Made by a program: the position numbers and the translations under genes
Notes under the pieces: generated by a model
The model's input: the letters and a program-made list of their open reading frames with translations, nothing else
What the model was told of the DNA's origin: nothing
Database searches by the model: none
Shown here: in pieces, positions 39,416-46,841 of the stretch
Position numbering within the stretch: the stretch's first letter is position 1
How the letters are laid out: each line of letters begins with the position of its first letter
Source of the DNA: a virus
IMG/VR virus record: IMGVR_UViG_3300030419_004857
Coordinates: 64,001 to 128,000 of that record
Length of the DNA stretch: 64,000 bases
Direction: 5' to 3' (one strand)

Positions 39416-39813
39416 TATCTTTCCCTACCGTACTTTTTCTTAGTTGCGTGACCGTCCATTACCATTCTTTCAGATATGTCTTCTCCGTCGACAAAAACAT
39501 ATCCTAAAACTCTATTGAAGGTAAACACATCTTTTATTTCTCCGTCTTCGTCTGCTGGAATGAAAAGAACAACATCCTTGTTAAACTTTTTTCTTCCGTA
39601 GTATAAAACTCTTTTCCCCAACAGATCTTCTATGTGGTGCTTGGCCGCTAAACCCTTCTCTTTTTCTTCTAGGTCTCCAGTTCGAGTTTCCGCACACCAG
39701 CAGTCCTTTAATCTCACTCTAATTGTTTTTTCTATTTTTAGATCTATCGTATCACCATCTACAACATTTACTACTTTTGCGTCTGTAACGATGCCTTTGG
39801 GTGGTTCTTGCAT
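39415..39813 (-). CDS. Thermonuclease (SNase-like)
   Basis: VVDGDTI, RVRL....AET, FNRVLGYV, MV.DGHA. Confidence 0.85.
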   Translation of the reverse strand: MQEPPKGIVTDAKVVNVVDGDTIDLKIEKTIRVRLKDCWCAETRTGDLEEKEKGLAAKHHIEDLLGKRVLYYGRKKFNKDVVLFIPADEDGEIKDVFTFNRVLGYVFVDGEDISERMVMDGHATKKKYGRER

Positions 39814-40439
39814 GATTGTAACCGTATATGAATTGTTGAGTCTGATTCTTCATTTTCATATCCTGTGATTAACGAGCCATCCCATTTGGTCCTGACATAA
39901 TCTAGCAACTCATCTCTGTTGTAATAGTGTAGATTCGGATCTCTGTATTGAGTTTCTGTGGTATCATCTAGGAAATTAAACGCGACATGTTTATTCGCTA
40001 GCTCACACAGATTTTCGATCCCTCTCCTTATGTGAGAGTTGTTATCGTCCACTTTTATGGTAAAAGTTCCGCTAGCAAAAACATAGTCCCACGAGGTTGG
40101 AAGTCCTGACACTCCGAATTCAGCCAGTCGAGACAGACTTCCGTTTAAGAAAGTTCCATCTGGATTTTTTCTGCAAGCTTCTCTGATCATCATAGTGTTA
40201 ATATCTATTCCAGTGTAAGAAACATCGGAATACTTTTGCAAGTAGCCCAAAAAATCTCCAACACCACATCCCACGTCAAGTACAGAACAACCATCTAGGT
40301 CATGGTCTAGAACCAATTGGCTCCATCTGTTTTCTTGAGTGTCTTTACTGGCCCAGCCTACAAATCTGCTATCTGATGAATCTGTAAGTATCAGATGTTT
40401 TCCGTAGTACTTTAATATCCTTTGGTAGTCTTCTATCAT
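39771..40439 (-). CDS. Class I SAM-dependent methyltransferase
   Basis: GW.S...Q..R, VLDVGCGVGD, YTGIDI, DYVFASGTF, AFNFL. Confidence 0.85.
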   Translation of the reverse strand: MIEDYQRILKYYGKHLILTDSSDSRFVGWASKDTQENRWSQLVLDHDLDGCSVLDVGCGVGDFLGYLQKYSDVSYTGIDINTMMIREACRKNPDGTFLNGSLSRLAEFGVSGLPTSWDYVFASGTFTIKVDDNNSHIRRGIENLCELANKHVAFNFLDDTTETQYRDPNLHYYNRDELLDYVRTKWDGSLITGYENEESDSTIHIRLQSCKNHPKASLQTQK

Positions 40440-40445
40440 GGTACG

Positions 40446-40475
40446 CAAAAAGGTTCGCAGATTTCTGCGAACCTT
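40446..40475 (-). terminator. Rho-independent terminator
   Basis: Perfect inverted repeat AAGGTTCGCAGA/TCTGCGAACCTT followed by a U-tract on the - strand. Confidence 0.8.
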
Positions 40476-40483
40476 GTTAATCT

Positions 40484-40510
40484 TTACACTATAGTTTGTT
40501 TGATAAGCAT
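40484..40510 (-). other. 8-codon mini-ORF MLIKQTIV with strong RBS
   Basis: GAAGGA-ATAACATC-ATG CTT ATC AAA CAA ACT ATA GTG TAA, between a GTGTATAAT motif and a terminator. Confidence 0.4.
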
Positions 40511-40535
40511 GATGTTATTCCTTCGTTTGTATATG

Positions 40536-40545
40536 ATTATACACG
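40536..40545 (-). promoter_or_regulatory. Putative promoter CGTGTATAAT
   Basis: Matches the core of the motif at 4677 and 50610; intergenic. Confidence 0.5.
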
Positions 40546-40592
40546 AAAGCGGATCAATTCACTTTTAATTTTCTAGTTCTTGACCATATCAT

Positions 40593-41045
40593 TTAGGAAG
40601 GCAGATGTGGGTCAAGATAGGTAATTACAAGACCATTTTCGAGCAGATGGTTGTACACAATTTTGTCTTCTTCTGTTTCCCCGTGAGCTTTGGAACCTTT
40701 TGGGACGTACCACTCACGAACCCCCGTTTGCCACAAAAGTTTTGCACAAGTGGAGCAAGGCAGGTGTGTAATGTAAGCTTTGTAGCAGTCAATCTGTTTA
40801 ACGACTAAATTGCTTACCGCGTTGGCTTCTGCATGTACTATGAACGGATACTTGTCAGGTCTGGTGGTGGGGAGATCGTCTTCTTTTACCGAAGAACAAA
40901 ACCCATTATACCCAACCCCAACGATTATATTGGGGTTGCCAACTATCACACATCCAACTTTGGTTTCTGAATCATGACTGCGTATAGACGCATAATGCGC
41001 CATACCCATAAAGTACTCATCCCACGTTGGTCGATTCGTAACCAC
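40593..41045 (-). CDS. dCMP deaminase
   Basis: RPTWDEYFM..A, RS.D..TKVG, GYNG, HAEANA, PCSTC. Confidence 0.92.
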   Translation of the reverse strand: MVTNRPTWDEYFMGMAHYASIRSHDSETKVGCVIVGNPNIIVGVGYNGFCSSVKEDDLPTTRPDKYPFIVHAEANAVSNLVVKQIDCYKAYITHLPCSTCAKLLWQTGVREWYVPKGSKAHGETEEDKIVYNHLLENGLVITYLDPHLPS

Positions 41046-41124
41046 GTTTTTGATTCCTTGTTCTTCTTTCCCTTTTTAGCTTCTTCTTGTCTCTTTTACT
41101 TTTACGTCTTACTGTTTTACCCAT
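41017..41124 (-). CDS. 35-aa highly basic peptide (absent from the ORF track)
   Basis: MGKTVRRKSKRDKKKLKRERRTRNQKRGYESTNVG; ATG lies 1 nt after the upstream stop and the ORF fills the gap. Confidence 0.6.
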   Translation of the reverse strand: MGKTVRRKSKRDKKKLKRERRTRNQKRGYESTNVG

Positions 41125-41125
41125 T

Positions 41126-41485
41126 TTAAAAAGCTCTAATAAAATTGTTCGCTGTAACTGTTTTCATTTGATTGAAGGAAAGTGGTTCAGATAAAATACA
41201 TAGATCGTAGTCTCCGGTAGTTTCTTTAACCTGCTTTGGGGTTAAGGTCTCGTATTTTCCACGAAACCCCATACACCGCACGGCGTATTTCATGATCTCT
41301 TCTTGATTGTTAGAAATTTCTAGGATTCTGTCAAGATGAGAAACCAGAACCCCCTCTTTGTCGAAAAATTTTTTCAGATATACACATTTGTATAATACAT
41401 TTTTCTCGTGTCTTTTATCCACATAACCAACAAAACTAATTATGCGAGACAGCGGCTTTTTCCAATCTCCTAGATCCTTGCTCAC
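41126..41485 (-). CDS. Hypothetical protein
   Basis: Operonic ORF. Confidence 0.65.
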   Translation of the reverse strand: MSKDLGDWKKPLSRIISFVGYVDKRHEKNVLYKCVYLKKFFDKEGVLVSHLDRILEISNNQEEIMKYAVRCMGFRGKYETLTPKQVKETTGDYDLCILSEPLSFNQMKTVTANNFIRAF

Positions 41486-41487
41486 GT

Positions 41488-42411
41488 CTAATCCTCCAAA
41501 ATTTCTAAACCATGGACACAGTGTCTAATATCGTCGCTTAACTGAATTTCTTTTTCGAATTCGTTTGTCTTTATATTATACACCAAAATTCTGGCTGGAG
41601 AAGAACCCACGAGGACCGTGTCTCCAGAGCGGGCCAGACCCCTATTCCAGTTATTAGTGGCAATGTCGTCAAGATGATAAACAGCTTTTTTCATTCTCGG
41701 AAGCTTTATAAATTGAAAGATATTTCCATCTTTATCTTTAGAAATTCCCAAACAACTCCAGCTAGTGAGATTCGCCAACACCATATCATCATATTTATAA
41801 AAGTTGTGAATAAAACTCTTGCTTCTGTTCGGCATCATTGGCATAGCTCCGACCGCGTTCATAGTTTCAAAATCATACAAACAGCTAATCAAACCAGAAA
41901 AAACCAATCTTCCGCTATGTGAACAGATGGAGTTTATGTGATAATTATCATCTACTGGAGCACCACCGGGTTCTATCTCTCTTAATCCGGTCAAAACTTT
42001 ATGATCTTGCATGCTCTCACCCAAGACCTCCCAAAATCCCTTGAGATTAAAATCTAAATCCAAACATGCAATAGCATCATACGAAGTTGAAGTCGCCCAT
42101 ATTTGATCTCTAAAAACACAGATTTCATGTATAGATCTTAAAACCGACTCGTCTTTATGACTGCGTTTTATTTCAAACGTTTGTCTATCTAGCTCCAAAA
42201 ATCCGGTAGAGTTTGAGACAATTATCCTGTCGTCTAAGACGGCTATGCCTCTAAGACCCCGTTCGCCCCCTCTTTCATTTTCGTTGGTAAAATCTTCGTC
42301 GTATTCCATATAGTGAAGAATTTCTTCAGTATCAGTGTCTATGACATAGAATCCACCATGTATATCGCCGGGCTTTGCGGCTCTCACCACTGTGGTGCAT
42401 ACAATTTTCAT
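41488..42411 (-). CDS. Beta-propeller protein (DUF4915/TIGR03032-like)
   Basis: GLRGIA, HEI, DNYHINSI, HN, WNRGLA, LVGSS. Confidence 0.6.
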   Translation of the reverse strand: MKIVCTTVVRAAKPGDIHGGFYVIDTDTEEILHYMEYDEDFTNENERGGERGLRGIAVLDDRIIVSNSTGFLELDRQTFEIKRSHKDESVLRSIHEICVFRDQIWATSTSYDAIACLDLDFNLKGFWEVLGESMQDHKVLTGLREIEPGGAPVDDNYHINSICSHSGRLVFSGLISCLYDFETMNAVGAMPMMPNRSKSFIHNFYKYDDMVLANLTSWSCLGISKDKDGNIFQFIKLPRMKKAVYHLDDIATNNWNRGLARSGDTVLVGSSPARILVYNIKTNEFEKEIQLSDDIRHCVHGLEILED

Positions 42412-42854
42412 AATACCTTTTTCATCCCGTTATCTATTTTTATAAATCCAAACTGGTTATAAAAGGGTATATTCTTGTCAGAGCAATTCAAAATGACTTT
42501 GTAACACTTTTGCTGTTTTGCAGTCTTGATAAGACTCTTGATAAGCAAGCTTCCTATTCCAGCCCCTCTATGAGATCTTAAAACAACCACATCTTCAATG
42601 TGACCCGCAAACTTGCCGCTAATTTTTTGTTCAGTTAAAAGAGAAGCAGTTCCTACAATGTGTGAGCCAGAACTAGCTACGACTATATGATAGCTATCAT
42701 TATCAATAAAGTCATTCCATAGTTTGTCAAAGTTTTTATCTATTTTGTCTTCGTACCATTCTGTCAAATCCACATTTAACGAAGGAGATAATTCATTAAG
42801 TAATTTGAAGTAATGGATGTCAAGATCGGGTCTTTGTAAATTTCTAATCTTCAT
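42408..42854 (-). CDS. GNAT, glucosamine-6-phosphate N-acetyltransferase (GNA1-like)
   Basis: LLTEQK, GHIEDVVV..HRGAGIG, CYKVILNCS..NIPFY..FGF. Confidence 0.8.
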   Translation of the reverse strand: MKIRNLQRPDLDIHYFKLLNELSPSLNVDLTEWYEDKIDKNFDKLWNDFIDNDSYHIVVASSGSHIVGTASLLTEQKISGKFAGHIEDVVVLRSHRGAGIGSLLIKSLIKTAKQQKCYKVILNCSDKNIPFYNQFGFIKIDNGMKKVL

Positions 42855-43740
42855 GGAATGTTACCATGAATTCTTGAAACGGTTTAGAAATGTGTTTGAA
42901 ATCAAACTGTTTATAATCAATTGTTTTACCCTTCAAATATCTTTCGTTAATGTCCTCGTCAGTTATTCCCGGTTCAATTTCATCCTCTTTGACTCCCTTG
43001 TCATGTATACGATTTATACTGTTATGTATGACCATGCTGTATTCTGGACAGGACATTAAGTAAGGAACCTTTTTTGATAAATTCCCTTCATATAACATTT
43101 TTTGTAGAGTCACTTCGAAATCTGCTTTGCCATAAATTGGAGTCGATGACTCTAGGACATCTTTCAAAACAGAGCTTCTGTATATATGTCCATTTGTAGA
43201 AAAAGGAATTGCAAAGTTTGTGTATGGCTCAATTAACGTAGCATCCCACGCCAAAAATTTGTCCAGAACAAACTCGCCCTCAGATGGAATGTCAGCAAAA
43301 TAGTCTTCGTTCTCGTATGGGTTCTGTATTACGGTATTATTTCCCAATCTCAAGGAGAGGGTACACGGGTTGTATTTGGAAAATAATTCGAAAACGATCC
43401 GGTAAGATAGATCATTGGAAAACAAAACATTTTGGTCGTTAAAGATACATGTTAACAATCTAGCGTTTTTTAGGTAGAAGAGCAGATCGTCACTAAGATT
43501 TGTAGACTCTCTTTCGGCCCATCTTACGGGGTATTTATGACTGTATCTATGTTTTTGATAAAATCTTTGTTGGGCTACCATGTAACCCTTTTGTAGCTCT
43601 GGACTGGAGTATTTATAAAGAACAGTAATGTCAAAAAGGTTTCTTCCATTTTGATACAGACTGTCTAGTAGTAGGTTTAGTTGGGCTGGCTTGTCTTCTG
43701 AGACGATAACTGTGCTAATCATATCAGACGATTTCACCAT
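42844..43740 (-). CDS. GT-A-like protein, degenerate paralogue of 52857 and 53747
   Basis: SEDKPAQLNLLLDSL, LSLRLG.N, PFSTNGHIY, INERYL.G. Confidence 0.65.
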   Translation of the reverse strand: MVKSSDMISTVIVSEDKPAQLNLLLDSLYQNGRNLFDITVLYKYSSPELQKGYMVAQQRFYQKHRYSHKYPVRWAERESTNLSDDLLFYLKNARLLTCIFNDQNVLFSNDLSYRIVFELFSKYNPCTLSLRLGNNTVIQNPYENEDYFADIPSEGEFVLDKFLAWDATLIEPYTNFAIPFSTNGHIYRSSVLKDVLESSTPIYGKADFEVTLQKMLYEGNLSKKVPYLMSCPEYSMVIHNSINRIHDKGVKEDEIEPGITDEDINERYLKGKTIDYKQFDFKHISKPFQEFMVTFHED

Positions 43741-44716
43741 TAGGTAGTTCGCTCTTGCGTGTTTTCATGACAGAGCTTCGTGTTTGTTCAACCCAATCTA
43801 TCGTCTGCTTTAAACCATCTTCTATAGAAGTTTTAGCCTCGAATCCAAGTTTCTGTTTGCATTGAGAAACGTCTAGATATTTTCTTGGTTGTCCTTCGGG
43901 TGGCTGGTCATGCCACACCAGTTTTCCTTCATAGTTCATTATCTCGCATACTTTTGTAATCAAATCTCTGATATTAACTTCAACCCCGTTTCCTACATTA
44001 ATTATGTCTGATCCATGAAATCCTTCCATAGCAAAAATTATACTTTCAACAGCATCGTCAACATATAAAAATTCTCTACTCGTTTGATCATGATTCCATA
44101 CGGGAAATTCTTTTGTACCTTCTTGAATATTATACTTAACTCTAGTGATAATATCTGGAATTATACGATTCCATCTGGGATCAATTTTATCTTCGGGACC
44201 ATATATTGTTGGAAATATCAGTGACGTAGCACTGAACCCGAACTGTTTACCGTAAGCTGCTACAAGCTCCATTAGGGAGCGCTTCGCCACACCATAGGAC
44301 CATAGAAACGGATCTGGAGGACCGTTCCATAAATCCGTTTCCTTAAAAGGAATGGGACATGTGTCTGGATAACTAATTATGGGGGCAGACATAATAAATT
44401 TAAGGCAATTGTAATGTCTTGCCTCTTCTATTACTTTAAGTCCCATATTCAAATTTTCATATATGAATCCGCCGGGATAACGAGCGGAGGCTTCAAAACC
44501 ACCAGTCCTTGCGGCTAGGTGAATTACTATCTCTGGCTGTATACGCTGAAACAACCATCCGACAGTAGACTCCTCCCCCAAATCAGTGCCGCTTCTAGTA
44601 CCACCCACAGCGAAGACATGTTCATATCCCCTGTGTTTTAGAACATTGTAGAGACGGGTTCCCAAAAAGCCCTTGCCGCCCGTTATAAGAATCCTGTGGT
44701 GCTTTTGAATTTCCAT
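43724..44716 (-). CDS. GDP-L-fucose synthase-like SDR (diverged)
   Basis: TGGKGFLG, HLAARTGG, YGVAK, REFLYVDD, PEGQPRK.LDVS. Confidence 0.85.
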   Translation of the reverse strand: MEIQKHHRILITGGKGFLGTRLYNVLKHRGYEHVFAVGGTRSGTDLGEESTVGWLFQRIQPEIVIHLAARTGGFEASARYPGGFIYENLNMGLKVIEEARHYNCLKFIMSAPIISYPDTCPIPFKETDLWNGPPDPFLWSYGVAKRSLMELVAAYGKQFGFSATSLIFPTIYGPEDKIDPRWNRIIPDIITRVKYNIQEGTKEFPVWNHDQTSREFLYVDDAVESIIFAMEGFHGSDIINVGNGVEVNIRDLITKVCEIMNYEGKLVWHDQPPEGQPRKYLDVSQCKQKLGFEAKTSIEDGLKQTIDWVEQTRSSVMKTRKSELPNGEIV

Positions 44717-45042
44717 TATAGCTCTTCTAAGAAAGTTACCAATTCTTCTGGTGGCATATTGTTAGCCTTCTTTTTGACGTTATGTTCTTCATCCATGATA
44801 ACCACCGTGGGATATCTCTCTATTTGGAATTCTGATATCAAGTGCTGGTTTTCTGGATTGTCTAGAAAAAGAAAATGCGGTTTTCCACCGTAATAAGCTT
44901 TGGACGCCTTGACAACTTTGCCATCTGTCCAAACCTGATCCTTCATTTGTTTACAGTGTGGACACCAGTTAGTAACAAAAACTACTATTTGATGTTTTTT
45001 CTTTTTACAGCCTGACCCAAACAGTTTGTCAAACATATCCAA
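44716..45042 (-). CDS. Thioredoxin-fold protein (WCPHC)
   Basis: WCPHCKQM and cis-Pro motif RYPT. Confidence 0.88.
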   Translation of the reverse strand: MDMFDKLFGSGCKKKKHQIVVFVTNWCPHCKQMKDQVWTDGKVVKASKAYYGGKPHFLFLDNPENQHLISEFQIERYPTVVIMDEEHNVKKKANNMPPEELVTFLEEL

Positions 45043-45043
45043 C

Positions 45044-45958
45044 CTATTTCAAAAGAGTTGGGAACCTAATACTATCTTTGGTTGTTATAGATTTTCCATC
45101 GGTTTTAGACGGAGTGCCACCTTCAGTTGGTAGCGATACAATGTCCTTTAGGGAAGGAACATCTGTGGTCGTATCTATAGCCCACAAGATAGACTCTTTT
45201 TTTGCCCACGTTCTCATACGTCGAACTGGGACAATAAAGTTAAAGGTTTCTCCAGCACCTCTTACAAGCATTCCTACATATTGGCCAGCCTTATCTCCAG
45301 ACCTCTCACTTAGAAAGACACCGCCACCGCTTGAACCGGGAAATGCCGTCACGGTGGTCTGATCGAAGACAACGCCGTCTCCTGAGCCTAAATCAAGAAC
45401 TCTACCGACTTGAGAACAAATACCTCGCGTCATCGAATTACTTCCGACTTGGCCTAGTAATGAGCCTACATGATATAATTCAGTACCCACAGTGGTTGGA
45501 GTATTTTCTGCATAGAAGGTGGTGGTTTTAGTGATAAAGCCCTTCTTTCTCACCATAAGCAAGGCAAGATCTTCACCGTTTTCTGAATCACTGTATTTGA
45601 TAACCTTGGCGTCCATTTTCAGTTCGCCAACACGCCTCCCATCTTCTATAAGCTCCTTAACAATCTGAGCGTCCTTGAATTCAACCACAGTTGTGGTCCG
45701 ACCATCCTTTATCACCTTTCTAACGGATCTTAGATTGTCTACAACGTGTCCAGCAGTCCAGACGAAATTAATTTTTTCTACTCTGCCGGGTGAGACTAGA
45801 ACATCTCTAGTAATCAGAACACCGGAGCCTTCCCCAAGGCCAGACTTTACTGTTACAGATACGTCCTGTAAGTGTTGGTAAAGCTGCTTGTCCGCTGAGA
45901 ATGCGGAGGAGCCGAGGACAAAGAGTAATACAATAGTACCTAAGATCGCTTTTTTCAT
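45044..45958 (-). CDS. Secreted trypsin-like serine protease
   Basis: Signal peptide MKKAILGTIVLLFVLGSSAFSA; triad motifs TAGHV, DLALL, PGSSGGG; RBS AAGGAAGG. Confidence 0.85.
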   Translation of the reverse strand: MKKAILGTIVLLFVLGSSAFSADKQLYQHLQDVSVTVKSGLGEGSGVLITRDVLVSPGRVEKINFVWTAGHVVDNLRSVRKVIKDGRTTTVVEFKDAQIVKELIEDGRRVGELKMDAKVIKYSDSENGEDLALLMVRKKGFITKTTTFYAENTPTTVGTELYHVGSLLGQVGSNSMTRGICSQVGRVLDLGSGDGVVFDQTTVTAFPGSSGGGVFLSERSGDKAGQYVGMLVRGAGETFNFIVPVRRMRTWAKKESILWAIDTTTDVPSLKDIVSLPTEGGTPSKTDGKSITTKDSIRFPTLLK

Positions 45959-45984
45959 GGTTTCCTTCCTTAGTGTCATTGGGG

Positions 45985-46017
45985 AAAAAATAAGGGGTTT
46001 TTGTCCAGAACCCCTTA
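45985..46017 (-). terminator. Rho-independent terminator
   Basis: TAAGGGGTT/AACCCCTTA stem plus U-tract on the - strand. Confidence 0.75.
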
Positions 46018-46033
46018 ACTGGCGTTTATTTTA

Positions 46034-46822
46034 CTAAACGGTTTCACCACCCTGCATTCTACGCTCTAGCTCACGCTGGGGCGAGTTTCCATCATTTTCC
46101 GCAACGCCGGGGGCAACCTGAACGTTGGGAGTAGAGATAGCACGCAGTTCATCTTCTGTAAATTCACTACCAAGGGCCGGATGCTTGATCCATTCGATGG
46201 TTGGAATATGACTAACATCATAGTTGGCAAAATGCTCTGCTGTCAGATAGTACGGGTTTTCATCATCGAAAACTGCATGAGCTTCGACAACAGGAACCCT
46301 GAATAATTCAACAGCCATAAGACGATAAGCCTCACGGAAAAGCTTCTTCATTTCTACAGCGGTAGAATCACTCCAGTCATTAGCCCAAGTGTTCTCGGAA
46401 AGCTGAGCAATGTCACTCATGCCCTGAAGGCATAGCTCAATCCATCTTCGGCAATAGTCATTCTTAACATCAAAATAACGAACTGGATAAATCTTGAAGG
46501 CTCTACGCTCGTGTGTAATATGGTGAGCTTCGAGTCTTTCCATGTTATCCGGCTTAGTGTTTGTGTCAATTAGATTGCACAGACGAACAAACATATTGTG
46601 ATGATGCTTGACGGCAGATAGTGTCGGCGGGCCGGGAACGAAGCAGTCAGTACGTACACTGAAAGCCTGAAGATGTTCTCCAACCTTTTCAAACAGCCTA
46701 GCCATTGCCATGTTATAGGTTTCTTTGTTGTCTCCAACATTAGGAATGCCCCACTTGACCCCCTCAAACATGTAGGGAAGTATGGCGTCGTGAGTCGGAA
46801 TTACCAAATTTTCGTTAGACAT
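46034..46822 (-). CDS. Hypothetical protein (262 aa)
   Basis: Clear ORF between the two proteases, followed by a terminator. Confidence 0.8.
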   Translation of the reverse strand: MSNENLVIPTHDAILPYMFEGVKWGIPNVGDNKETYNMAMARLFEKVGEHLQAFSVRTDCFVPGPPTLSAVKHHHNMFVRLCNLIDTNTKPDNMERLEAHHITHERRAFKIYPVRYFDVKNDYCRRWIELCLQGMSDIAQLSENTWANDWSDSTAVEMKKLFREAYRLMAVELFRVPVVEAHAVFDDENPYYLTAEHFANYDVSHIPTIEWIKHPALGSEFTEDELRAISTPNVQVAPGVAENDGNSPQRELERRMQGGETV

Positions 46823-46841
46823 AGTAGATCACCCACTTTCT

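Noticed and set aside
39416-40592. Cobalamin riboswitch upstream of nrdJ
   Set aside because: nrdJ is directly coupled to the upstream gene and the nearest intergenic region lacks a B12-box.
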